Assembly: GCA_046074885.1 (NCBI GenBank)
Contig: JBJTPA010000321.1
Coordinates: 1-32,342, forward strand
Origin: Planctomycetaceae bacterium
GTDB lineage: Bacteria > Planctomycetota > Planctomycetia > Pirellulales > UBA1268
Reading direction: 5' to 3'
DNA: 32,342 bases
Part shown: positions 1 to 7,364 of the stretch, one piece after another
Layout: every line of letters starts with the position of its first letter
Numbering within the stretch: position 1 is the first letter of the stretch
Notes under the pieces: model-generated
Told to the model about the DNA's origin: nothing
What the model saw: the letters and a program-made list of their open reading frames with translations, nothing else
Database searches by the model: none
Position numbers and translations under genes: made by a program

Positions 1-240
1 CGCGATGTCGGCCACCGTGAAGCGGCCGGCACACAAGGTGTCCTGCGCGGCCAGGGCGGTCTCGACGCTGCGCATCCGGGCCAGGAACCATTTGCGGTAA
101 TCGACGGCCACCTGCGGATTGCGCCGCTCGGGCGGCTCAAGCCGCTCGTAGCGCAACACCAGGGTCTGGGGAAACGTGAAGGTGGCATCGCTGCGATGCA
201 ACCAGTTCAGGTAGGCGCCGTAGTCGGGTTCGTCGTCACC
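1..240 (-). pseudogene. Glutathione S-transferase family fragment (C-terminal alpha-helical domain only; 3' end leaves the window, N-terminal thioredoxin-like domain missing)
   Basis: My own translation of the reverse strand 240->1 gives GDDEPDYGAYLNWLHRSDATFTFPQTLVLRYERLEPPERRNPQVAVDYRKWFLARMRSVETALAAQDTLCAGRFTVADIA, with strong GC3 bias. The layout ending in L.G..FT.ADI is the GST C-terminal domain pattern. It is absent from the ORF track because no stop lies inside the window. There is no ATG/GTG and no GST N-domain in frame upstream; that DNA encodes MgtA on the other strand. Confidence 0.45.
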
Positions 241-2010
241 GGCCTCACGAAGGGCAACTGGTGGGAGGCCTTCTTCTTCGCCCTCGCCGTGGCCGTCGGC
301 CTCACGCCGGAGATGCTGCCGATGATCGTGAGCGTCTGCCTGTCGCGGGGGGCGATCGGCATGTCGCGGAAGCGGGTCATCGTCCGGCGGCTCGACTCGA
401 TCCAGAACCTGGGCGCGATGGACGTGCTCTGCACCGACAAGACCGGCACGCTGACGATGGACCGGGTGATCCTCGTGCGGCACTGCGACGTGCTCTTGCG
501 CGAGGATCCCGAGGTGCTCGCGCTCGCCTGGCTCACCAGTCATTTTCAGACCGGTCTCAAGAACCTCCTCGACCGGGCGATCCTCGAGCACGAGTCGCTC
601 CGCGAGCACGTGCCGCAGGCGGGCTACGCGAAGATCGACGAAATCCCCTACGACTTCGCCCGGCGGATGATGTCGGTGGTCGTGGCCACGCCCGACGGCG
701 GCCGGCGGCTCGTCGCGAAGGGCTCGCTCGAGGCCGTGACCGCCCGGGCGACGGCCTGCGCGATCGACGGCGCGATCCGGCCGCTCGACGCGGCCCTCCT
801 CGCCGAGCTCGCCCGCGAGTGCGACGACCTCGGGGCCGAGGGATTTCGCGTGCTCGCCGTGGCCTCCCGCGACGTGGAGGCGAAGCCGGCCTACGGCCGC
901 GACGACGAGCGCGACCTCGTGCTCCGCGGCTACGTGGCCTTCCTCGATCCCCCCAAGGACTCGGCGCGGGCGGCGCTCGCCGCGCTCGTGGCCGACGGCG
1001 TGGCCGTCAAGGTGCTCACCGGCGACGCCGAGGCGGTGAGCCGGCGGATCTGCCACGAGGTGGGGCTCGATACGACGCACGTCCTCCGCGGCGACGAGGT
1101 CGATGCCCTCGACGACGACGCGCTCGCCGCGGCGGCGGGCCGCGCCACGCTCGCCGTGCGGCTCGACCCGGCACAGAAGGAGCGGATCGTGCGGCTCCTG
1201 CGGTCGCGCGGCCACGTCGTCGGATTCCTCGGCGACGGCGTCAACGACGCCCCCGCCCTCAAGGCCGCCGACGTCGGCATCTCCGTCGACACGGCGGCCG
1301 ACGTGGCCCGCGAGAGCGCCGACTGCATCCTGCTCGACAAGGACCTCCGGGTGCTGCGGGACGGCGTGGAGGAGGGGCGGAAGGTGTTCGCCAACATCCT
1401 CAAGGAGATCCGCATGGGGGCGAGCTCCAACTTCGGCAACGTGCTCAGCGTGCTCGGCGCGAGCGTCCTCCTGCCGTTCGTGCCGATGACGCCGCTGCAG
1501 ATCCTCACGCTGAACCTGCTCTACGACTGCTCGCAGGTGCCGATCCCCGGAGACGCGGTCGATCCCGAGCTCGTGGCCCGGCCGCGCCCCTGGTCGCTCT
1601 CCCAGATCGCCCGCTTCGTGCTCCTGCTGGGCCCCGTGAGCTCGCTCTTCGACTTCACGACGTTCGCCGTGCTTCTGGTCGCGTTCGGCTGCGCCGACCC
1701 GGCCCGGGCGCCCCTCTTCCACACCGGATGGTTCGTGGAGTCGCTCGTCACGCAGGCCCTGGTGATCCACGTGATCCGCACGAACCGCATCCCGTTCCTG
1801 GAGAGCCGCGCGAGCCCCGCCCTCGCGGCGGCGACCACGGCGGTGATCCTCGTGGGCCTCTGGCTGCCGGTCTCGCCCGTGGGTCCCCTGCTCGGCTTCG
1901 TGCCGCTGCCGCAGGCGTGGTGGCCGGTGCTCGGCCTCACGGTCGCGGCCTACGTGGTCGTCGTGCACGCGGTGAAGACGTGGCTCGTCCGCCGCGGCTG
2001 GATCGACTGA
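196..2010 (+). CDS. mgtA: Mg2+-transporting P-type ATPase (MgtA/MgtB family), N-terminally truncated (roughly the C-terminal two thirds)
   Basis: ORF 196..2010 (604 aa). It carries TGLTKGNWWEAFFFALAVAVGLTPEMLPMIV (TM4 PEML motif), the phosphorylation site CTDKTGTLT, HFQTGLKNLLDRAIL, the hinge GDGVNDAPALKAADVGISV and a C-terminal TM bundle. All are collinear with MgtA from about its residue 300 onward. Homology begins near nt 220, so the first transmembrane segments and the actuator domain are not encoded. Confidence 0.8.
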   Translation: MQPVQVGAVVGFVVTGLTKGNWWEAFFFALAVAVGLTPEMLPMIVSVCLSRGAIGMSRKRVIVRRLDSIQNLGAMDVLCTDKTGTLTMDRVILVRHCDVLLREDPEVLALAWLTSHFQTGLKNLLDRAILEHESLREHVPQAGYAKIDEIPYDFARRMMSVVVATPDGGRRLVAKGSLEAVTARATACAIDGAIRPLDAALLAELARECDDLGAEGFRVLAVASRDVEAKPAYGRDDERDLVLRGYVAFLDPPKDSARAALAALVADGVAVKVLTGDAEAVSRRICHEVGLDTTHVLRGDEVDALDDDALAAAAGRATLAVRLDPAQKERIVRLLRSRGHVVGFLGDGVNDAPALKAADVGISVDTAADVARESADCILLDKDLRVLRDGVEEGRKVFANILKEIRMGASSNFGNVLSVLGASVLLPFVPMTPLQILTLNLLYDCSQVPIPGDAVDPELVARPRPWSLSQIARFVLLLGPVSSLFDFTTFAVLLVAFGCADPARAPLFHTGWFVESLVTQALVIHVIRTNRIPFLESRASPALAAATTAVILVGLWLPVSPVGPLLGFVPLPQAWWPVLGLTVAAYVVVVHAVKTWLVRRGWID

Positions 2011-2041
2011 CCGCGCGGGCCGCTTGCTACACTTTTTTGCC

Positions 2042-3439
2042 ATGGCCTTCTGCGACGCCGACTTCCTGCTCTCCTCTCCCGCGGCCGCGGACCTCTACCA
2101 CCGCGTCGCCGCGCCCCTGCCGGTCGTCGATTACCACTCGCACCTCTCCCCGCGGGACATCGCCGAGGACCGCCGGTTCGAGAACCTGCACGCGGTGTGG
2201 CTCGCGGGCGACCACTACAAGTGGCGGGCGATGCGGGCCGATGGCGTGCCCGAGGACCTGATCACGGGTGGCGCCTCCCCGCAGGAAAAATTCCGGGCCT
2301 GGGCGAAGACGGTGCCGCACACGCTCAGGAACCCGCTCTTCCACTGGACGCACCTCGAGCTCCGCAGGCATTTCGGGATCGAGGATCTGCTCGAGCCGGC
2401 GACGGCAGACCGGATCTGGGCCGAGGCCAACCGTCAACTCGCGACCTCAGGCCTCACTGCCCGCGGCATCCTGCGGAAGTTCCGGGTGGAACTCGTCGGA
2501 ACGACGGACGACCCGGCCGACTCGCTCGAGTGGCACGCGAAGATCGCCGCCTCCGGCTGCCCGACCCGCGTCGTGCCGACGTTCCGGCCCGACATGGCCC
2601 TCAAGGTCCGCGACCCGGAGAAACTCCGGGCCTGGGCCCGCCGTCTTTCTGATGCGGCCGGTACGGGCGCCGACACGCTCGCCGGCCTCGTGACGGCGCT
2701 CGCCAGGCGCCATGCCGACTTCGCGGCGGCCGGCTGCCGCGCGACCGACCACGGGCTCGAGTTCCTGCCCGACGTGGACGGCACCGAGACCGAGGCCGCG
2801 CGAATCTGGGAGCGGGCGCTGGCGGGCACCGCCGCGTCCGCGGAGGAGGCCGCGCGGTTCACGAGTTGGCTCATGCGTCACGTCGCCCGGCTCAACCACG
2901 CGGCCGGCTGGGTGACGCAACTCCACCTCGGCCCCTTCCGCGACCCGAACCCGCTGCTTGCACAGCAGCTCGGCGCCGACGCCGGCTGCGACACGATCGG
3001 CGACGCCCGGCAGGGGCCCGGCCTCGTGCGGTTCCTGGCGACGCTCGCTCGGGAAAACTCTCTCGGCCGCACCGTGCTCTACAACATCAACCCTGCCGAC
3101 AACGCGCTCTTCGCCGCCCTGCCCGGCTCGTTTCAGGACGGCCAGACCGCCGGCAAGATCCAGTGGGGCAGCGCCTGGTGGTTCCTCGACCAGGAGCGGG
3201 GCATGCGGGAGCAGTTGAACATGCTCTCCGATCTCGGGCTCCTCTCCCGATTCATCGGCATGGTCACCGACTCGCGATCGTTCCTCTCCTTCCCGCGCCA
3301 CGAGTATTTCCGGCGGATCCTCTGCGACGTCGTGGGCGGCGACGTCGCCACCGGCCGGCTCCCCGACCGCCGCGACTGGCTCGACGTGCTCGTGAACGCC
3401 GTCTGCCACGGCAACGCCGCCGAGACGTTTTCATGCTGA
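2042..3439 (+). CDS. uxaC: Glucuronate (uronate) isomerase
   Basis: ORF 2024..3439 with an in-frame ATG at 2042 (MAFCDADFLL). VVDYHSHLSPRDIAEDRRFENLHAVWLAGDHYKWRAMRADGV and HTLRNPLFHWTHLELRRHFGI match the UxaC N-terminal signature. The length of 465 aa fits UxaC (~470 aa). Confidence 0.9.
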   Translation: MAFCDADFLLSSPAAADLYHRVAAPLPVVDYHSHLSPRDIAEDRRFENLHAVWLAGDHYKWRAMRADGVPEDLITGGASPQEKFRAWAKTVPHTLRNPLFHWTHLELRRHFGIEDLLEPATADRIWAEANRQLATSGLTARGILRKFRVELVGTTDDPADSLEWHAKIAASGCPTRVVPTFRPDMALKVRDPEKLRAWARRLSDAAGTGADTLAGLVTALARRHADFAAAGCRATDHGLEFLPDVDGTETEAARIWERALAGTAASAEEAARFTSWLMRHVARLNHAAGWVTQLHLGPFRDPNPLLAQQLGADAGCDTIGDARQGPGLVRFLATLARENSLGRTVLYNINPADNALFAALPGSFQDGQTAGKIQWGSAWWFLDQERGMREQLNMLSDLGLLSRFIGMVTDSRSFLSFPRHEYFRRILCDVVGGDVATGRLPDRRDWLDVLVNAVCHGNAAETFSC

Positions 3440-3443
3440 TGCA

Positions 3444-3474
3444 CCCGGGGCCGCTCGTGCCTCAGCGGCCCGGG
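3444..3474. terminator. GC-rich hairpin between convergent stop codons (uxaC / propeller protein)
   Basis: cccggggccgct (3444-3455) pairs with agcggcccggg (3464-3474): 8 bp, one bulged G, then 3 bp, with an 8-nt loop. It sits in and over the 22-nt gap between the two stops. There is no U-tract, so terminator function is an inference. Confidence 0.3.
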
Positions 3475-4400
3475 CACGGCACGCGGTCGGTCGAGAACCG
3501 CACGCGGACGTCGGGGTGGGTCGTGTAGAGCCGGTGCCGCTCGCCGTCGTGGACGAGCATCGCGCTCGACCGCTTCGGGTGCTCGGGATCGACCGGCAGG
3601 AGCGGGTTGGCCTGCCACTTCTCCCAGTCCACGAGGTCGGTGCTCGTCGCGATGCAGGTCTGCCACGTGCTGCGATCGGCCGCCGGACTCGCGTGATAGT
3701 AGGCGTAGTAACGGCCGCGGAACCTGACGATCTGATCGACCGCGATCCCGTGGCGGTCGTAGCCGTCGGGACCGCAGGCGAGGACGGGCTCGTCGCGGAC
3801 GTTCGTGAAGGTGCGGAGGTCCTGCGAGGTCGCGAGCCACACGCCCTCGTCGCGCCGCTCGTAGAAGAGGTGCCACGTGCCGCGCTCGAGCCAGACGGCG
3901 GGCGTGCCGCGGGGGCCGTCGGGGATCGGCGTGCCGTCCACGAGCCGGATATCGAGCGGGCCGCAGGGCCGCCATGCCCGGCCGTCGCGCGACTCAAGCA
4001 GGTGGGCCACGTCCCGCTCCCCCTCGGCGAACATCCAGAGCCTGCCGCAGGCCGGCACCACGCAGACGTCCTCGACCCAGCGGTTGGCGAGGAGCGGACC
4101 CGCACCAGCGCGGGTCCAGTCGAGCCCGTCGCGGCTCGTCGCGAGGCCCACGCGGCGCACCGGGTCGCGGTCTGGGTTCGACCCCGTGTACCAGAGCCGC
4201 CAACGATCGCCGTCGCGGACGATCCAGCCCCGTTCCCTGAGGTCGCGGTCCCAGGCGTCGGCTCCGCCGCCGGACAGGAGGGGCGTCGCGGACGCGGGAC
4301 CGAAGGCCACGAGTTCCGCCGGGAACGGGGCCGAGTCGCCAGCCGCCGCACCGGCTGCCACGCCCGTCGCCACGACGATCGCCGCGAGCCTCGCCTGCAT
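3462..4400 (-). CDS. Secreted 5-bladed beta-propeller glycosidase-like protein (GH43/GH32/GH130-type superfamily; exact family not assignable by eye)
   Basis: This is the C-terminal 312 aa of track ORF 3462..5774. ATG 4400 gives a signal-peptide-like MQARLAAIVVATGVAAGAAAG. Recurrent blade motifs are WRLWYTG, GLATSRDGLDW, WHLFYE, LATSQDLRTF, YYAYYHA and IATSTDLVDW. The part of the ORF upstream of 4400 is antisense to the histidine kinase. Confidence 0.6.
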   Translation of the reverse strand: MQARLAAIVVATGVAAGAAAGDSAPFPAELVAFGPASATPLLSGGGADAWDRDLRERGWIVRDGDRWRLWYTGSNPDRDPVRRVGLATSRDGLDWTRAGAGPLLANRWVEDVCVVPACGRLWMFAEGERDVAHLLESRDGRAWRPCGPLDIRLVDGTPIPDGPRGTPAVWLERGTWHLFYERRDEGVWLATSQDLRTFTNVRDEPVLACGPDGYDRHGIAVDQIVRFRGRYYAYYHASPAADRSTWQTCIATSTDLVDWEKWQANPLLPVDPEHPKRSSAMLVHDGERHRLYTTHPDVRVRFSTDRVPCPGR

Positions 4401-4417
4401 CGCCGCATGATAGGCCG

Positions 4418-4438
4418 CGGCGGCGGGATCCGCCGCCG
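4418..4438. promoter_or_regulatory. Palindrome CGGCGGCGG-gat-CCGCCGCCG in the 54-nt divergent intergenic region
   Basis: Perfect 9-bp arms (4418-4426 / 4430-4438) lie between the divergent starts at 4400 (-) and 4455 (+). The trinucleotide-repeat composition makes a chance palindrome more likely than usual. Confidence 0.2.
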
Positions 4439-4454
4439 GGTAGAGTGAATCCTC

Positions 4455-5852
4455 ATGACGCCGCCCCGCCATGCCCGACCGCTCGCCCGGCAGTTGATCG
4501 TGCCGGTGGTGGGCCTCCTGCTCGCGTGCGTGCTCGTGAGCGTGGCCGCGTCGGCCTGGCTCGGGGCGCGACGATCGCGGACCGAGGCCCGGGCCGCCCA
4601 GGAGCGGCTCGCGGCGGCGCTCCGCGAGGCGCGGTTTCCGCTCTCGCAGCCGATCCTCGACACGCTCGCGCGGCTCACGGGCAGCGACTTCGTCGTCTGG
4701 AACGCGACCGAGCGAGCCGCGGGCCTTGCCACCGTGCCGGCGGAGATCCTCGGCCGCACCGACGTGGCGGCCGTCGCCGCCGCCGCGGGGGGCACGGCCC
4801 TCGTCGCGGGCGCGCCGCACCGCGTCGGCGTCGTGCGACTCGAGGGCGTGCGGCCCGAGACGGTACTCGTGCTCACGCCGGTGCCGGGCCTCGCCCGCAC
4901 GCTCGCCGACGCCCTCTGGCCCGAACTCGCCGTCGCCGCCCTGATGCTCGCGGTGCTCGTGCCGCTGGGACTCCGGCTGGCAGGCCGCCTCGCCGCCCGG
5001 ATCGCCGCCGTCGAGCGTCACGTCGGCACGATCGCGGCCGGCGAGTTCGGCCACACGCTCGGCGCCGACGACGCCGCGAGCGACGACGAGATCGGCCGGC
5101 TCGCCGCCGGCGTGGACCGCATGAGCCGCACGCTCGCGGGCCTCCGCGACACGCTCATCGCCGGCGAGCGGCAGCGACTCCTCGGCCAGCTCGCCGCCGG
5201 CTTCGCCCACGAGCTCCGCAACGCCGTCACCGGCGCGAAGCTCGCGATCGGCCTGCACCGCCGCCGCTGCCCGGCCGCGGCCGGCCCTGGCGCGGCCGCC
5301 GCGGGCCCCGACCGCCCCGACGACAGCCTCGACGTGGCGGCGCGGCAGCTCGACGTGCTCGAGGAGGAGGTACGGGGACTCCTCGCGCTCGGCCGGCCCG
5401 ACGAGTCGCGTCCGGTCCGCCTCGCTGTCGCCGACCTGTTCGGCGAGGTCCGCGACCTGACCGCGCCGCGGTGCGACCACGCGGGCGTGCGGCTCGAGTG
5501 CGCGCCGTCCGCCGCCGCGGTCGTGGGCCGCCGCGAGGCCCTCCGCGCGGCGCTCGTGAACCTGGCGCTCAACGGCATCGACGCCGCGGGCCGCGACGGC
5601 ACCGTGCGGCTCTCGGCCGCGGAGCACGACGGCCGCGTGAGCCTCGCCGTGGAGGACACCGGGCCCGGCCCGCCCGAGAGCATCCGCGACACGATCCACG
5701 AACCGTTCGTGACCGGGAAGCCGGAGGGCATCGGCCTCGTGCTCGCCGTCGCCCGCGCGGTCGCCGAGTCCCACGGCGGCGCGCTCGCGTGGGACCGCAC
5801 GGGAGGTCTCACCCGGTTCACGATCTCGCTGCCCGCGGCGGAGGCGCCATGA
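4455..5852 (+). CDS. Sensor histidine kinase (two TM segments, periplasmic domain, HAMP, HisKA, HATPase_c)
   Basis: ORF 4455..5852. TM1 is VVGLLLACVLVSVAASAWL, followed by a periplasmic stretch of ~140 aa and TM2 LAVAALMLAVLVPLGL. It has a HAMP region (DDEIGRLAAGVDRMSRTLAGL), H-box FAHELRNAVTG, N-box LALNGIDAA and G-boxes VEDTGPGP and GIGLVLA. Confidence 0.85.
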   Translation: MTPPRHARPLARQLIVPVVGLLLACVLVSVAASAWLGARRSRTEARAAQERLAAALREARFPLSQPILDTLARLTGSDFVVWNATERAAGLATVPAEILGRTDVAAVAAAAGGTALVAGAPHRVGVVRLEGVRPETVLVLTPVPGLARTLADALWPELAVAALMLAVLVPLGLRLAGRLAARIAAVERHVGTIAAGEFGHTLGADDAASDDEIGRLAAGVDRMSRTLAGLRDTLIAGERQRLLGQLAAGFAHELRNAVTGAKLAIGLHRRRCPAAAGPGAAAAGPDRPDDSLDVAARQLDVLEEEVRGLLALGRPDESRPVRLAVADLFGEVRDLTAPRCDHAGVRLECAPSAAAVVGRREALRAALVNLALNGIDAAGRDGTVRLSAAEHDGRVSLAVEDTGPGPPESIRDTIHEPFVTGKPEGIGLVLAVARAVAESHGGALAWDRTGGLTRFTISLPAAEAP

Positions 5853-7234
5853 GCCGCATCCTCGTGGTCGATGACGAGCCCGCGATCGGCTGGAGCCTGC
5901 GGGAGCTCCTGACGGACCAGGGTCACGACGTCGCCCTCGCGGCGAGTGCCGAGGAGGCGCTCGAGGCCTGCGAGCGCCACGCGGCCGATTGCATCCTCCT
6001 CGACGTCCGGCTCCCGGGCCGCGACGGGATCGCGGCGATCCCCGACCTCCGGAGCCGCGTGCCGGCCGCCCCGATCGTGGTCATGACCGCCTTCGGTGAC
6101 CTCGACACGGCGGTCCGCGCGGTGCAGGCCGGCGCCTTCGACTACCTCGTCAAGCCGTTCGACCTCGACCGCGTCTCGGCGGTCGTCGCCCGGGCCGTCG
6201 CCGATCGCGCCGCCGTGACGGAGGGGAGCGACGGCGGGATTGAGGCCGACGCCGGTGCACCCACGCTCGTCGGCGCGGCACCGGCGATGCAGGAGGTGTT
6301 TGCGCGCATCGCGATTGTGTCCGCGACCGACTTCCCCGTGCTCGTCACGGGTGGGCCCGGCACCGGCAAGGAACTCGCCGCCCGGGTGATCCACGCCCGG
6401 TCCGCCCGGCGTGACGAGCCGTTCGTGGCCACGAGCCTCGGGGCCCTCGCGGCCGGCGCCGTCGATGCGGAGCTCTTCGGCGAGGTCGATCGCCCGGGGC
6501 TCCTCGAGCTCGCCGGCCGCGGCACGCTCCTCCTCGACGAGGTCCACGCCGCACCGCCCGCGGTGCAGGCCCGGCTCGCCCGCCTGCTCGAGACGGGGGC
6601 CGCCGCGCGGGTTGGTGGCGTCGAGCCGAGACCCGTGGCCGCGCGGATCGTGGCGGCGACCGACGCCGACCTCGGCCGGCTCGTCGCGGCCGGCGGGTTT
6701 CGGGCCGATCTCCACGACCGGCTGCGGGCGAGCACGCTCGCCATGCCCGCGCTCGTCGCCCGGCTCGACGACGTGGCCGCGCTCGCCACCCATTTTCTTG
6801 GCCGCCAGGCGGCCCGCATGCGCATCCCCCGAGCCCCGACCCTCACCGCGGAGTTCGTGGCCGCGCTCCGCGACCGCCCGTGGCCGGGGAACGTCCGCGA
6901 GTTGAGGCAGGCGGTCGAGTTCGCGGCCGTCGTGGCCCGCGGCCAGCCCCTCGGGCCCGAGCACCTGCCGCCACCCGCGACGGCGGACACCGGCGCCGCC
7001 GTCGATGCGGCGGTCGCGACCGCGATCCGCGAGTGGTCCGCCGCCGCACGGCGGGCCTTCGGCGGCCTGCCGGAGCCCGACCTCCACCACCGCCTCCTCA
7101 AGGTCGTCGAGGCCGCCCTCCTCCGCGAGGCGCTCGCCCACGCGGGCGGCAACCGCACGGCGGCCGCCAAGTTGCTCGGCCTCGACCGGGCCACGCTCCG
7201 CACGAAGCTGCGGCTGCTCGGCCTCGACGAGTGA
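5849..7234 (+). CDS. NtrC-family response regulator (REC + AAA+ + Fis-type HTH) lacking the GAFTGA loop
   Basis: ATG 5849 overlaps the kinase stop (ATGA at 5849-5852). The REC domain is [27 protein letters not shown]. The AAA+ domain has Walker A GGPGTGKE, Walker [16 protein letters not shown] and [10 protein letters not shown]. The C-terminal HTH is [20 protein letters not shown]. The upstream 468 aa of track ORF 4445..7234 are an out-of-frame shadow of the kinase. Confidence 0.85.
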   Translation: MSRILVVDDEPAIGWSLRELLTDQGHDVALAASAEEALEACERHAADCILLDVRLPGRDGIAAIPDLRSRVPAAPIVVMTAFGDLDTAVRAVQAGAFDYLVKPFDLDRVSAVVARAVADRAAVTEGSDGGIEADAGAPTLVGAAPAMQEVFARIAIVSATDFPVLVTGGPGTGKELAARVIHARSARRDEPFVATSLGALAAGAVDAELFGEVDRPGLLELAGRGTLLLDEVHAAPPAVQARLARLLETGAAARVGGVEPRPVAARIVAATDADLGRLVAAGGFRADLHDRLRASTLAMPALVARLDDVAALATHFLGRQAARMRIPRAPTLTAEFVAALRDRPWPGNVRELRQAVEFAAVVARGQPLGPEHLPPPATADTGAAVDAAVATAIREWSAAARRAFGGLPEPDLHHRLLKVVEAALLREALAHAGGNRTAAAKLLGLDRATLRTKLRLLGLDE

Positions 7235-7258
7235 GCCCGCCGCGGCCGATCGCCCGGT

Positions 7259-7296
7259 GGTGAAATTTTCACCGTCCGCAGGCGGGGCGTCACCGT
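7259..7296. promoter_or_regulatory. AT-rich palindrome GGTGAAA-T-TTTCACC plus a third TCACCGT half-site 21 nt downstream (candidate operator/UAS)
   Basis: 7259-7273 is a perfect 7-1-7 palindrome, and TCACCGT recurs at 7269-7275 and 7290-7296. This is the only A/T cluster in the regulator-to-DUF1559 intergenic region, lying 25 nt after the regulator stop and ~70-105 nt upstream of ATG 7365. Confidence 0.3.
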
Positions 7297-7364
7297 GTTC
7301 GCCATCCCGGCCGATGGTAGGTTGCGAACGCATTCTCCGCTGGCCCGCTCCGCGCCCCGCCACC

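Noticed and set aside
2033-2038. A T6 run just after the mgtA stop and 3 nt before the uxaC ATG, considered as an intrinsic terminator.
   Set aside because: No stable stem precedes it; there is only the 8-nt self-complementary CCGCGCGG, which cannot form a hairpin loop. It may simply be an A/T-rich translation-initiation context.
3462-5774. A 770-aa reverse-strand ORF that could be read as one large gene.
   Set aside because: Only the last 312 aa (3462-4400) have a signal peptide and propeller motifs. The N-terminal 458 aa are Arg/Gly/Ala-rich antisense to the well-supported histidine kinase (4455-5852).
4445-5848. The N-terminal 468 aa of the 929-aa forward ORF 4445..7234.
   Set aside because: This is an out-of-frame shadow of the kinase gene with Arg/Pro/Gly-rich low complexity. 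The response regulator starts at ATG 5849 with a canonical REC N-terminus.
7341-7355. A sigma54-like element, TGGCCC-N5-GCGC (GG-N10-GC spacing), upstream of the DUF1559 gene.
   Set aside because: Only the minimal GG/GC dinucleotides match, which is easily found by chance at this GC content. The adjacent regulator lacks the GAFTGA loop needed for sigma54 activation, and the motif would place the transcription start at the ATG 7365.
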